A stretch of DNA of 64,000 nucleotides, taken from contig NC_058368.1 in NCBI RefSeq assembly GCF_018350175.1, forward strand, positions 224,194,001 to 224,258,000, written 5' to 3'. Positions 24,770 to 37,613 of the stretch are shown piece by piece (position 1 is the stretch's first letter; the number at the start of each line of letters is the position of its first letter). The notes below the pieces were generated by a model. The model was not told where the DNA came from, made no database searches, and saw nothing but the letters and a program-made list of their open reading frames with translations. A program made the translations under genes and the position numbers. This DNA comes from Felis catus (taxonomy: Eukaryota).

Positions 24770-27100
24770 AATTTCTGGTTTGACATATACAGAGTTTGGA
24801 AATGCGCTTCCTCACAGCAATTGAAAACCTGAACACACTACAAATGAAACAATACTTCTTGGATCTATAGGAAGAGGGGGACACAGAAAAAAATCACTGC
24901 CCCCAAGATCAGAGAGACAGGCCAATACTGGGGGACACAGCTTACCTGAGCAGAGACTCCTGAGCAGAAGCCACCTGGGGACCAATGTTGCGGTAGGAGA
25001 ACCTGACCTCTAATTTAGAAATTCCTGAAGGCTCAGTGTGGACAACTCTCAGAGTTATACTGTGAATTTTAAGTCCAGGCACTTGTCTAGCTTCCCATAG
25101 TAAATATCAGAGAAACATCTTCGGGCTTCTGGCAAGGCATGGGGAATAGAGAACATTTTGAAACATCCCAGAGTACTCTGTTCATAACAAAGCCTGCCTT
25201 TAGGTGAAACGAATTAATCAGAGCCTCACCTTCTGGGGTATTATCAGCGTCTATCTTGCTTGGGGAAGGGAAATGCCCAACTCCTATCTGTTCTCATTTT
25301 CCAATGGGAGAGGGGAAGTAGCCCACTCCAGCCCACTCTAGCTATCCTATCCCACATGAGCAAAAAGAAAAAAGAATAGTGATGCTTGTGAAGTTTAGAG
25401 TTCAGATATAGACTCACTAAAGACTGAGGATGAATCATGGGCATATAGAATGCTCTCCCAATGACCCATACATCACCACATTACTAAGGCCTATTTACAG
25501 CATTTCTCTTTACCCAGTACATTCTATTTGGCTATCAAGAAAGATGTACCACAAGGCAATTAATTAATTAATTAGCCCAGTTTGAAGAGACAGAGCAAAC
25601 ATCAGAACCAAATAAAACAACGATATTGGAATTATCATACTGGGGATTTAAAATTACTAAGACAATATCCTAAGGGCTCTAATGGATTAAGGAAAGAGCA
25701 TGCAAAAACAGATGGACAATGTCAACAGAGACGTGGAAATCCTAAGAAAGAATCAAAGAGAAATACTAGAGATCAAAACCACTGCAACAGAAATGAATAA
25801 TGTATTTGATGAGTTAATTAGTTGACTGGATGCAAAAAACATGACCCAATTATATGTTGTCTAGAAGAAGCCCACTTTAAATATAGACACATACAGATTA
25901 AAAATTAGATAATGGAGGAAAATATATCACACCAACATTAATCAAAAGAAAGCAGAAGTTATGATTAATTTCAGACAACAGATTTCAAAGTAAAGGAAAT
26001 TATAAGGGACAAAAGGAGCATCCTAAATGATAAGGATGTCAATTATTGGGGTGCCTGAGTAGCTCAGTTGGTTAAGCATCAGACTTTGGCTCAGGTCATA
26101 ATCTCAGTATTTGTGGGTTTGAGCTCTGTGTCAGGGCTCTGTCCTGACAGCTTGGAGCCTGGAGCCCACTTCGGATTCTGTGTCTCCCTCTCTTCCTGCC
26201 CCTCAACCCCCTCAAAGATAAATAAACGTTAAAAACATTTTTAAAAAGATGTCAATTACCCAAGAAGACATAACAATTCTTATTGTATATGTACCTAACA
26301 ACAGATCATCTAACTATGTGTGGCCCAAACTGATAGAAATGCAAGGAGAAAGAGACAACTCCACTGTCAGAGCTGGAGATCTCAGTACCCCACTTTCAGA
26401 AATGGACAGATACAGAAGGCAAAAAGTTAATGACATGATTGAATTCAACAACACCATCAACCAACTGTATAGAATCGATATCCATAGATGATTTCATCCA
26501 ACAACACCAAAGTACACACTCTTCTAAAATTCACATGGAGCATTCACCCAAGATAGACCACATTCTGGGCCATAAAACAAATGTCAACCAATTTGAAAAA
26601 TTAGAAATCACACAATATCTGTCCTCAAACCATAGTGGAATTAAACTACAAATTGAAAATGAATATATAATTGGAAAACCCCAAAATACATGGAGATTAA
26701 AAAATCAGACTTCTAATTGTATATGGTTTAAAGAAGAAATTTCAAAAGAAATTTTAAAAATATTTTTAATTAAATGAAAAGGAGAACACAACATCAAACT
26801 CTGTAGGATGCAACGAAAGAAAGTAGGCTTAGAGGGAAATTTATAGGATTGAATGCATGTTTTGGAAAAGAAAAAAATATCTAAACTCAGTAATCTATAT
26901 TTCCATCTTAGGAAACAAAACAAAACAAAAAAGATAAAAAGGAAGAAAAAGAAAAAGGGAAAATTAAAACCAAACTAAGTGGAAGAAAAAAATAGAAATT
27001 AGAGAAGAAATCAATGATATCAAAACAGGAAATCAACAGAGAAAATTAAGAAAATGAAGAGCTGTCTCTTTCAAAAGATCAATAATATTGAAAAACTGGT
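24770..27100 (+). mobile_element. Old LINE-1 (L1M) remnant: 5' region, start of ORF1 and ORF2 endonuclease region
   Basis: Degraded peptides QEDITILIVYVPNNRSSNYV, GDLSTPLSEMDR, KIDHILGHKTN, SNHSGIKL match the L1 ORF2 APE endonuclease. Confidence 0.85.
26048..26247 (+). mobile_element. Can-SINE inserted in old L1
   Basis: TSD GATGTCAATTA at 26035-26045 and 26248-26258. Confidence 0.93.
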
Positions 27101-28112
27101 GATACTGTATTTAAAATACTAGCAAAAAAACCCCACATCAAATATTTGATACATTAATCATCAGGAAAATGCAAATCAAAGCAACTTTTTCTTTTTTATT
27201 GTTGTATAACCAACACCGAGCTTCTCCTTCCTTCTACCACTCTTGTCCAGAAACATAACACTTGTCCTTCCATTTGAAAAGACAAGAACACTAGCAAGCC
27301 ATTGAAGTAATTTTCAAGTATCTTGAATGTTTCCAACACAATCAACTTTCTCTGGATTGCTCTTTGTTATAATAACATCAGTTTTCACCTCAGATCCATC
27401 TGAATATTACATTGATTTAAAAATTCCCTCTACAAAGTTCTGCTTGGCTTACATCTTTGTCTCTCCACATTTTCTGATTGCCTGAAGTAGGAGAGAGCTG
27501 AGCTGTTCCTAAATTTGTTACTCCTTAACACCTTTTCATCTAGGTCTCAACCAGCTCCATCTGGACTGGCACTGACTACTCAGAGGTATGTTTTGGAAAA
27601 ATGGATCTAATCTTTAGCCCAGACTTTAACATACTATTAATTCTCAAAATACAACAGTTGTTTACTAGTATAACTGTAACTATTTCAGAGATGTTCCCCA
27701 GCCTCTAGAGCATATGCAACCCTGCATTTCTAGAACAACCTTTGCATGGCTCTAACTTCATGATTTCATTCCCCTCTTGAGTATGTCTGATGTCTGATAG
27801 TTGTACGCAGTCTGAAAGCACAGATCATATTTTATTCATTTGAACTAAAGAGATAAATATTGTAGGAAAATGTCTTCTAGGCAGATGGAATATTACAAAG
27901 GCCCTGAGATATAAAAATATTTCGCAATCTAAAAAGTGAAAATGTCTGGTTGCATTGATGCAAATTAAGTAAGAAGATGTATTTGGAAAGCTGAAGTTAG
28001 ACAAGCATTCTTGCAGGGTACGCTCGACAGAATGGGTTTTTTATTCTAACTCTAATTAGGAATCATTGAAAATATTTAACCAGAAGTGTCCCCATTTGAA
28101 GTTTTACACTTT

Positions 28113-28334
28113 AATTATTTTTTTTTAATTTTTTAACATTTTTCATTTATTTTTGAGAGGTACAGAGAGACAGAGCACAAACAGGGGCAGAGAGAGAAGG
28201 AGACAGAATCTGACACAGGCTCCAGATTCCAGCTGTCAGCACAGAGACTGACCTGGGGCTTGAACCCATGAACTGCCAGATCATGACCTCAGCCGAAGTG
28301 AGACTCTTAACCGACTGAGCCACCCAGGTGCCCC
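28113..28334 (-). mobile_element. Can-SINE
   Basis: Flanked by TGAAGTTTTA(C/T)ACTTT at 28097-28112 and 28335-28350. Confidence 0.95.
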
Positions 28335-28350
28335 TGAAGTTTTATACTTT

Positions 28351-28559
28351 TTTTTTTCAATGTTTATTTTTGAGAGATAGAGCGAGCAAGTGCATGAGCA
28401 GGGAAGGGGCAGAGAGAGAGGGAGACAGAGAATCCAAAGCAGTCTCCATGCTGTCAGCGCAGGGCCCAATGTGGGGCTTGAACTCACGAATTGTGAGATC
28501 ATGACCTGACTGGAAATCAAGAGTTGGACGCTTAACCGACTGAGCCACCCAGGTGCCCC
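28351..28559 (-). mobile_element. Can-SINE (different subfamily, with the GAAATCAAGAG segment)
   Basis: Flanked by TGAAGTTTTATACTTT at 28335-28350 and 28560-28575. Confidence 0.95.
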
Positions 28560-29904
28560 TGAAGTTTTATACTTTTAAAAGAGCAATTTTGAACAAAATA
28601 AGGAATGAACGTGGGTATGTGCAAAGACAGACATTATAGTCTTCAGTGGAATGATGCTTATGACCTGAATTAACACATGGCAATATAGATGACCATAAAT
28701 GGACAAATCAACACTAAATTATTAAGTTATAACTGGCAAAACCAATAAATTGGGTATAGTCTAAATGAAAGAAATAAACCAAGTTAACCATTATTTCTAT
28801 TTTAAGGATCAAAGGAACATGGTGGCAAATTTCCTGAAACAGTGACTGAGGGCTGGGGGAGGTGCAGGTTTAGAGAATAAAACAAAAGTTCACTTTTTTT
28901 TTTTTTTCAAATGTGACTTCAAGGAAATGGATGTCCTCAGAAGACAGCCAATTTTTCCCTTTGCTAAGAGTGGAATTAAATCTTTCAATTACATTTAAAT
29001 GTTTCTTAAATTTAGGGAGTCAAAACATAACAATATTCCAATTCCCAAGATTGAATACCTTGATGATAATACCTTGCATAAATTCTGTTCAAGATAGATG
29101 GCTTGTGTGCCAGAAAGTTAATTAGGGGAGTTGTGATAAGAAATTTAACTGCCAGTAGGACTGAATATACACTTGCTGGGGTCAGCATGTGTTCTCCCTA
29201 GAGAAAACACCAAATGATATGCCAAATTATAATCCACAGATTTCATGGTAAACTGGGAACCCAGGGGTAATTAAAATGTAATCCGACCAAAATAGGAATA
29301 TAACTGCCGCTTGTCTTTGAAAGACCTAGTCCTTAAGTAAATTGAAAAGTAGCTGAATAGAAGAAAAAGCAGGAAGTAAGGGTGGCGGTTATTATATTTT
29401 CTTTATTACTTTAAATATCAACTTAAATACTGTTATATTTTAGCCCTGTTATTTCCAAATGAATGTTACGTTACCTATTGGCCATTCGTCATTTCATGAA
29501 GCAAAAATTAAAAGAAAAACTATTGCCTGGAGCTTTGATTCATCATAATAAGCATCCAAGCCTGCTGTACATTTTTTCTAATCTGAAAGATAAGCGTGGG
29601 TTCTTTTTCAGAGTCACATTATAATTCTACTTGCTCTAATAGTATGTGAATAATGAGGGCTTCTCTCTTTGAGTGGAAACTGATTAATTGGTAGAAAATA
29701 CAGGAACAAAGTTGAACAGTCTTTGAGAACTTAATGATTACATGGTTTCTTTTCAGTAATGAAACCTTTCTTTTCTCAGAGAGAATAAAATGTTATATAA
29801 ACAGAAGCCTGAAGATCCATATGAACAATCAGAACAAGATGGTACATAGAAGTAAAATATTAATTACTGTGATTCCAGTTCTAATGGAAGAGACTCAGAT
29901 TCTT

Positions 29905-30185
29905 TTTTTATTACCATTATTTTATTTTACTTTATTTTATTTTTTTCAATATATGAAATTTATTGTCAAATTGGTTTCCATACAACACCCAGTGCTCATC
30001 CCAACAGGTGCCCTCCTCAGTACCCATCACCCACCCTCCCCTCCCTCCCACCCCCCATCAACCCTCAGTTTGTTCTCAGTTCTTAAGAGTCTCTTACGCT
30101 TTGGCTCTCTCCCACTCTAACCTCTTTCTTTTTTTTTTTTTTCCCTTCCCCTCCCCCCTGGGTTTCTGTTAAGTTTCTCAGGTTC
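29905..30185 (-). mobile_element. Short 5'-truncated young feline LINE-1 (3'UTR only)
   Basis: Antisense of ...TTTGACAATAAATTTCATAT 3' end; perfect 15-bp TSD GAGACTCAGATTCTT at 29890-29904 and 30186-30200. Confidence 0.93.
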
Positions 30186-30254
30186 GAGACTCAGATTCTT
30201 GAAAACAGTAGGAAGAAGCTACTATAAAGACCTATTTTACTAAACATCATAATA

Positions 30255-30942
30255 TAGAGACAAGGTGATCTGACTTATGGGTTTTCAAGTTTACAGTGGA
30301 GCAAGAGTAATTTGAATTTGGTAGAAACCATACTTTGAATTTTCAGTTTTGATCTTTTACCAGTGGATCCAATGCTATCTCATGATGCAGCAGTCTGCCA
30401 TGCAATCATGCAGATCAAAAACCGATACACTGGGGGCGCCTGGGTGGCGCAGTCGGTTAAGCGTCCGACTTCAGCCAGGTCACAATCTCGCGGTCCGTGA
30501 GTTCGAGGCCCGCATCGGGCTCTGGGCTGATGGCTCAGAGCCTGGAGCCTGCTTCCGATTCTGTGTCTCCCTCTCTCTCTGTCCCTCCCCTGTTCATGCT
30601 CTGTCTCTCTCTGTCCCACAAATAAATAAAAAACGTTGAAAAAAATTAAAAAAAAAAAAAAACGATACACTGACAACCATTCTGTTCCCATACAGCCATT
30701 TTTTCACTGTTTTCACTTTCAGTACTGTATTCAATAAATTACAAGATGGTCAACATTTTATTATAAAATGGGCTTCGTGTTAGATGATTTTGCCCAACCG
30801 TAGGCTAATGGAAGTGTTCTGAGCACATTTAAGCTAGGCAAGACTGACCTATGATGGTACATAGGTTAGGTATGTTAAATGCATTTTCGACTTATGATGT
30901 GTTTGTTGGGATGTAACCCCAGTGTAAGTTCAAGAAGATCTG
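30255..30942 (-). mobile_element. Non-autonomous TcMar-Tigger DNA transposon (MER47/Tigger5-like), interrupted by a SINE
   Basis: TTAGATGATTTTGCCCAAC..TAGGCTAATG..GTGTTCTGAGCAC..TTAAATGCATTTTCGACTTA..GTAACCCC..GTAAGTT..ATCTG followed by TA; left end TGACTTATGG..GTAGAAACCATACTT. Confidence 0.8.
30433..30662 (+). mobile_element. Can-SINE (young, GGCGCAGTC/GCCAGGTCAC type)
   Basis: CpG-rich element; TSD core CGATACACTG at 30423-30432 and 30663-30672. Confidence 0.96.
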
Positions 30943-31555
30943 TAATTACATGTGTACCCCTTTTGTTCACTTGCTATTTTTTGTTTTGTTTTGTCCACAC
31001 AGGGTTTATATTAGTGCATGAGATAAAGAAAAAGTAAAGCTGCATCCTAGACCTAAAAATTGGGTCCACATTTATCACATAAATTCATACTGTTTTTCAT
31101 TATTTGCTAATTATCTCCTGTGCATTAGTCATCCCTCTTTAATTAAATTGTAACATTATTGAGAATAGGAACTAAATCTAATACTTCTTTTTTAATCTCT
31201 TCAGTAGCCAGCTTGTGTAGAAATCCAAGTAACAACTTGTTTCTCTGCTAGTCAAAGTAGATTTATGTGTAAATCTTCCAAGGTGCTAAAATATTACTTA
31301 ATAGAAATATCTGATATTCCTCTTTTATGATTGGCTGTCTCTAATCCACTTCATGAATTTCTTTTTACAAAAGAAATCGGTTTATACTTTAGTGTGCAAT
31401 CTTTCCTCGGTTATATTTCCATTTTAACAATCCTAATTGTAATATAAAAGTTCTGTTCCCCACCAAGCAATTGCAGGTGTAAAGTAGGTGATAAATACAT
31501 GAGGAATACAAGATCTTGTCCTTTAAAAATTTGAAATCAGTATGTGTCTTTCCAT

Positions 31556-32540
31556 AAACAAAAGCTTTTGCACTGCAAAGGAAACAATCAACAAAACTAA
31601 AAGTCAACCAATAGAATGGGAAAAGATATTTGCAAATGACATATTGGATAAAGGGTTAGTATCCAAAATCCATAAAGGACTTACCAAACTCAACACCCAA
31701 AAAAGAAATAATCCAGTGAAGAAATGGGCAGAAGACACGAATAGACACTTTTCCAAAGAAGACATCCAGATGGCCAACAGACACATGAAAAGATGCTCAA
31801 TGTCACTCATCGTCGGGGAAACTCAAATCAAAGCCACACGGAGATACCACCTCACACTGGTCAGAGTGGCTAAAATGAACAACTCAGGAAACAACAGATG
31901 CTGGAGAGGATATGGAGAAACAGGAACCCTCTTGCACTGTTGGTGAGTATGCAAACTGGTGCAGCCACTCTGGAAAACAGTGTGGAGGTTCCTCAAAAAA
32001 TTAAAAATAGAACTACCCTGTGACCCAGCAATAGCACTACTAGGACTTTATCCAAAGCATACAGGAGTGCTGAGTCATAGGGGCACATGCACCCTGATGT
32101 TTATAGCAGTGCTTTCAACAGTGGCCAAATTATGGAAACAGCCCAAATATCTATCAACTGATGAATGGACAAAGAAGATGTGGTTTATATATACAATGGA
32201 ATACTACTTGACAATGAGAAAGAATGAAATCATGCCATTTGCAGCAACATGGATGGAACTGGAAGGTATTGCGCTAAGTGAAATAAGTCAGTCATGGAGG
32301 GAGGCAAAACTTAAGAGACTCTTAAATACAGAGAACAAGCTGAGGGTTGATGGGGGGGTGGGATATAGGGAAAAATGGGTGATGGGCATTGAGGAGGGCA
32401 CTTGTTGGGATGAGCACTGGGTATTGTATGTAAGTGATGAACCGTGGGAATCTACCCCCAAAACCAAGAGCGTACTGTATACACTGTATGTTAGCCAATT
32501 TGAGAATAAATTATATTAAAAAATAAATAAAATAAAATGA
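31556..32540 (+). mobile_element. 5'-truncated feline LINE-1 (ORF2 C-terminus and 3'UTR)
   Basis: [61 protein letters not shown] and A-rich tail; internal deletion near 32293. Confidence 0.95.
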
Positions 32541-33119
32541 AATTTATCTGCATCCAAACACAACACTTGAACTAATAATTTAAAAATGAACTAAACATAA
32601 CATTTAAAAACATCAGATGAAAATAAATACACCTTCCCCACCCCATATTTTAAGATAATTGTCCCCAAGTTTCCTGATTGTCCACATAGCTGTATTTGTT
32701 GTTTTCCTTTACTTATTTAGCTGTAGTCTATGCACAGGGGACTCAACACAAAACTTAACAGCCATTCCTTAAATAAGTCAGGTCGAAAGTTAAGTTTAAT
32801 TTGCAAAGGAAGATTGCAATCGGAGTTTAAAGATTTTTTTTTTCTAAAACATAAAATGAGTTGGTGAAGATTTGCATCTGCTAAGTTGGCAAAAGCAAAA
32901 GATTTGTTTTTATAAGGGCCAGAACATTTGTCTTTGCCCTTATGTGTAAATGACTCGTGACGGCTACCACGTAGGAGAAAAGGAAATACGGTTTTATGTG
33001 CTGCATTTGGAGCCATGGACCTCCAGCCTCCACAAACCTCATCTGGATGGCAAGTTTCTTTCTCATGCTTGAAACCACTTTCAGAGGTATCGTACCAAAA
33101 CGTTTCTCTCCATACTCGC

Positions 33120-33770
33120 TGTTTTAGTTTTCTATTCTTGCTGCAACTGATTACCCTACATGCAGCAGTTTAAAATAACATCTATTTATTTTCCCACAGT
33201 TGTGTGGGTCAGAAATCTGGTGTCAGCCATATAAGTGTCAGCACTTATTTGGGGTCTCTGGAGGGGAGGGCAATCCACTTCTAGTTTCACTGAAGCAGTT
33301 GGCAGAAATTCAGTTTGAGGGGTTGTTGGATGGAGGTCCCCCTTTCTTTGTTAGCCTTTGGAAAGGAATCATTCTTAACTTCTAGATGCCACCTGCATTC
33401 TTAGCCATGGCTGGTTGACATTCAACAGCATCAGTGACTTATCTGTTCCATCTTACGCTTTCTATGGCTCTGGCTGACTTTTCTGTTTTTCCTTAAACAG
33501 AAAATTAGTTTATTTTTGAGAGAGAGAGTTTATCTTTGAGAGAGAGTTTATTTTGAGAGAGGGCTTTTATGGGCCTCTGGGTCGTCTTTGGGCCCATCCA
33601 GATAATCCAGGAAAGTCTTCCTTTTCTAATGTCATCTAATTGGGAAAGTTAATCCCATCTTTTCATCTTCAAAGTACCTTCACAGTGGCTGTATGTAGAG
33701 TTGCGTGTGATTGAATACCTAAGAGTTAAGAATCTTGGGGCATCTTTAGAATTAAGCCTCCTCACCACAC
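33120..33770 (-). mobile_element. MaLR LTR (MLT1E/D-like)
   Basis: TGTTTTAGTTTTCTATT..GCTGCAAC..CACAGTT..GGGTCAGAAATC, GTTGGCAGAAATTCAGTT, TTCTAGATGCCACCTGCATTC, GGGCCCATCCAGATAATCCAGG. Confidence 0.75.
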
Positions 33771-33804
33771 ACAGAAACCTCACATTTAAAGACAAAGTGT
33801 TCTC

Positions 33805-34023
33805 GAGGCATCGTGGTGGCTCAGTTGGGTAAGTGTCCAACTTTGGCTCAGGTCATGATCTCACGGTCAAGCCCCACATCAGGCTCTGTGCTGACAGACT
33901 GGAACCAGGAGCCTGCTTTGCATTCTGTGTCTTCCTCGCTCTATGTCCCTCCCCCACCTGCGTGCATTCTCCCTCCCTCTCTCTCTCTCTCTCTCTCTCA
34001 AAAATAAACATTAAAAATAATAA
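33805..34023 (+). mobile_element. Can-SINE
   Basis: TSD TAAAG(A/G)CAAAGTGTTCTC at 33787-33804 and 34024-34041. Confidence 0.93.
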
Positions 34024-34484
34024 TAAAGGCAAAGTGTTCTCACATGCCTTACTATTTGTTCTTGCTTTAAATCTGAGAAACAGATATCAGCATTTACCTG
34101 CTTCATACTTTCACCCAAGTAAGACATAACTACTTTGGACTAAATAAAGAACTAATCCATTGGAGAATAAGGATATACCACTCTATTGGTGATAATTAAG
34201 AAGCCCCCATTGACGTGCAGAGTCAGCCATTTCCAGCAGAAGTGAACCAATCATGTTCATTTCTTCTGAAATCCGTATCCCCTGACATCACTTTTGAAGC
34301 TGCAAATCAGCCTTCGTAGGAGTATTTACAACTTTGCAGATATGTGCTGCCAGCATATCAATGTAAATTGTAATATATAATTGTTATGTAGTCCCATGTA
34401 TGCCCTTTACTAGTTTAGAGATGTTAAATACTCCCATCTGGAGATGCTATCAGACAGACTAGAGGTGCATCTCTCAACACACAC

Positions 34485-34600
34485 ATGCTGGCTAAGTGAC
34501 CTTGAGCAATTGAGTTAACCTCTTTGTTCTTCAACCTTCAAATCCGTAAAATCATCTCATGGGTTTTTGTTTATTCATGGAAATACTTATTAAGTATTTC
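34485..34600 (+). mobile_element. MIR relic
   Basis: GTGACCTTGAGCAATTGAGTTAACCTCTTTG..CTTCA..ATCCGTAAAAT matches the MIR core. Confidence 0.6.
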
Positions 34601-36098
34601 CATGTCTTATGTGAAACTACACAACCATGTAACATAAGAAAGTGGGGATCTGGGAATTATATGGTGAAGATTGCATATTTGTATCCATCCAAAAAGTGTT
34701 TCATATTCATGGTACAGAATCTGGAGCTGAATAAACAAATACAATTTATTGGCATGGATGTTGTGTTTTTGAGCCTCTTTAACAACTAAAGAAGCTTGAG
34801 AAAACTTTCTTGAGAGAAACACTTGTATTCATATACATAAAGCTTCATATATCATGGACTTACCTTTATCCATGTAACCAACATTAAAATTTTGAAATCT
34901 TACTGGGAAAAAGTGGAAACAAGATAACTCTTCATTTTCAAAGGCATAGTGGGGAGAACTAATAAGGACTATACTAAGAAGAAAATGCGTTTGGTATGAC
35001 TGAGTCACAGATATGAACACGTAGACACGGACAAAAGCACAATATAAGAAATAATCAGTAAATCAAAGTAATGTCATCTATGGCTTTGGTTATTAAAGTG
35101 GAGACTTCAGTGCACTAAGTTCACTTTCAGATTCAAAATGTTTAAATTGTTTTGTCCTGTGTGTAGTATTATAATAAAGACCTGGAACTTTCTTTCATTT
35201 CAGAAGGAATTTGCCATATGAAGGGCTAGGGAACGAATAGTATATATTTCTCTAAACCTTAGGGAGAAAGATTTCTTTTTTCCATTAAAGTTATTTCCCT
35301 TGTGTTGATTTTTTGCTATTCATATATTCCAACAACTGCTAAGTTCTAAAGAGAAATTCATGTGGTATTAGAGCTATGTTAACTGAGAGTCTTCAAAATA
35401 TTTAAATGATGCATTTTTAGTGGCCTGCAGCTTCCAAACTCTTAAATCTTTCCTTAAAAAACAGCAGAGTTTTTCATTGCTTTTTACCAGCCTGGAGCAT
35501 AAAAACTTAAACTTAATTTTAAAATTGGTTTTGGAACTCTAAAGATAAATAGACAACAGATTTTTTTATAATAAAGGAAAATCAAGAATTTATCCTTAGG
35601 CAATTTAATAGTCAAATAAATTCCTCATTTTCAGTTTCTTTAGCATGAATATTTGAAAACCCAATATTGTTACATTAATATAAACAAGATCAATTTTCTC
35701 AATATCAATTTAATTTTGCAAAGAAAAAATTCTAATATCAAAGGCATATTTCAATTTGCATTTTTTGAGAATAAGTTTAATTATTTTGAAATAAAAATCA
35801 GTCATCCTAATATATTAAATATGCCTTTGTGATTCATTAACATATTTGCTCTCCAATTTAATAAATGTATTATGAAACTATACTATGTTTCTCTTAAGTA
35901 TTATTCTTTTCATTTATTCATTAATAGTTTTATTTATTATTTAATTGTAATATATATTTTTAAAATTATTATATTCTGTGAAATTAAAGATAAATAGACA
36001 AAAACTATAAGTGTGACTATCAGGGAATAACAACATCTACTATTATGAGCCTCTTTGTTCTAGTCTCTTAGCATTTGCACAAAAAAAATGGTTTTGAT

Positions 36099-36309
36099 GG
36101 GGCACCTGGGTGGCTCAGTCAGTTAAGTGGCCAACTAAGGCTCAAGTCATGATCTCTTGTTTCACAAGTTTGAGCCCCACATCAGGTTCTGTGCTGACAG
36201 CTCAGAGCCTGGAGCCTGCTTCAGAGTCTGTGTCTCCCTCTCTCTTTGCCCCTCCCCTGCTTGTGCTGTCTCTCTCACTCTCAAAAATAAATAATAAACA
36301 TTTAAAAAA
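36099..36309 (+). mobile_element. Can-SINE
   Basis: Head GGGGCACCTGGGTGGCTCAGTC, body and tail. Confidence 0.94.
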
Positions 36310-36491
36310 GTTGTTTTAATGGCATTTATTTAAGCTATATAATTCCATTCCTAAGCTCTATTCATATTAGTAAGAAAATGCAATTACAAAATTTGAATGA
36401 CATAATAGAGAATAGCATAATCTTCATAAAAATTGGTCAAAATGTAGGTGTCATAAAATAGCAAAAACATCCATAGAATATACTCATTTTA

Positions 36492-36712
36492 CTAATTTAT
36501 TTTATAAATGTTTATTTGTTTATTTTGAGAGAGAGAAAGAGTGCGTGTATGAGTAGGGGAGGGGCAAAGAGAGAGGGAGAGGGAGAATCCCAAGTAGGCT
36601 CCGTGCTGACAGCATGGATCCAGACACAGGGCTCTATCTCATGAACCATGAGATCATGACTTGAGCCAAAATCGAGTGGGACACTTAACTGACTGTGTCA
36701 CCCAGGTGGCCT
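36492..36712 (-). mobile_element. Can-SINE (older type)
   Basis: TSD ATACTCATTTTA at 36480-36491 and 36717-36728. Confidence 0.92.
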
Positions 36713-37534
36713 GAAAATACTCATTTTAAAAAGCAAATTATGAGTAAGTTTTTCAATATTCATCTTCAAATTAGAGATGGGGGGCAGCTATATCATTGAT
36801 TGCTCAAGAGATTGATTTAAATAGGATAAAACCAAGCTCTTCTTTGGTCCTGTAGTCTACACATACTTTCTGTAGAGTTACAGCTTTTGAGTCAATAATG
36901 TTTTTATGAGGCAGTAAACCATAATTTCAAAATTTAACTATAATCAAAGAGGGAGGGAATGAATATATTTTTCAGATTGGGGAGGCATGAATTACTGGGT
37001 GTCAGATTGGATGAGGATACTCTGGCTAACTTCCTTAAATACATTCTCCAATATTAGATCTGTGAGATTAAAAAGACAAATTATCTGCCCCATTCACACC
37101 CAACCTACAATGATAGGAAATGCATACTTAACTGCTATAGAAATTCTAGTTCAAAAGTGGACAAGTAAGATATTTTTATAGACTTTCCATGGAAATTCTG
37201 AAATATACCTAGGCAAATGTTAAACATTCCTTAAGTTTTAACCTGGAAATATTTCTTTTTCTTTAAATTCCCCAACTTGACCTAAAGACTTAGTACAATT
37301 TCAATCATACTCTCAGAAGGCTTTTTCTTGTATAAATGGACAAGCTGATTCTAAGATGTATGTGGAATACACAAGAGCAGTAACAGCATAACAATCTTTT
37401 AAAGGAAGTGCACATATAGAAGGCTTACAGTATGTTTTAAGACATTACAAAGACTGTGTGAAATTTAAGTAAAGTTTGATAATAGACCAATGGAACACAT
37501 CAGAGAGTCCAGGAATAGAACTATATTACAAGGT

Positions 37535-37535
<1 letters not shown>

Positions 37536-37580
<45 letters not shown>
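37536..37580. repeat. (CA)n microsatellite
   Basis: About 22 units. Confidence 0.95.
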
Positions 37581-37583
<3 letters not shown>

Positions 37584-37613
37584 CTCTCTGTTGAGGTAGC
37601 ATCAAGAATAAAG

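Larger units (their letters stand above)
27860..28890 (-). mobile_element. L2 LINE relic interrupted by two SINEs
   Basis: TTCTAGGCAGATGGAA..ACAAAGGCCCTGAG, TTTTATTCTAA..GGAATCATTGAA and ATGGTGG..ATTTCCTGAAA are degenerate antisense L2 motifs. Confidence 0.55.

Noticed and set aside
32810..32960. Cluster of octamer (ATTTGCAT), C/EBP-like and AP-1-like motifs in unique sequence
   Set aside because: Short motifs are common in AT-rich DNA; an enhancer cannot be supported without conservation or chromatin data
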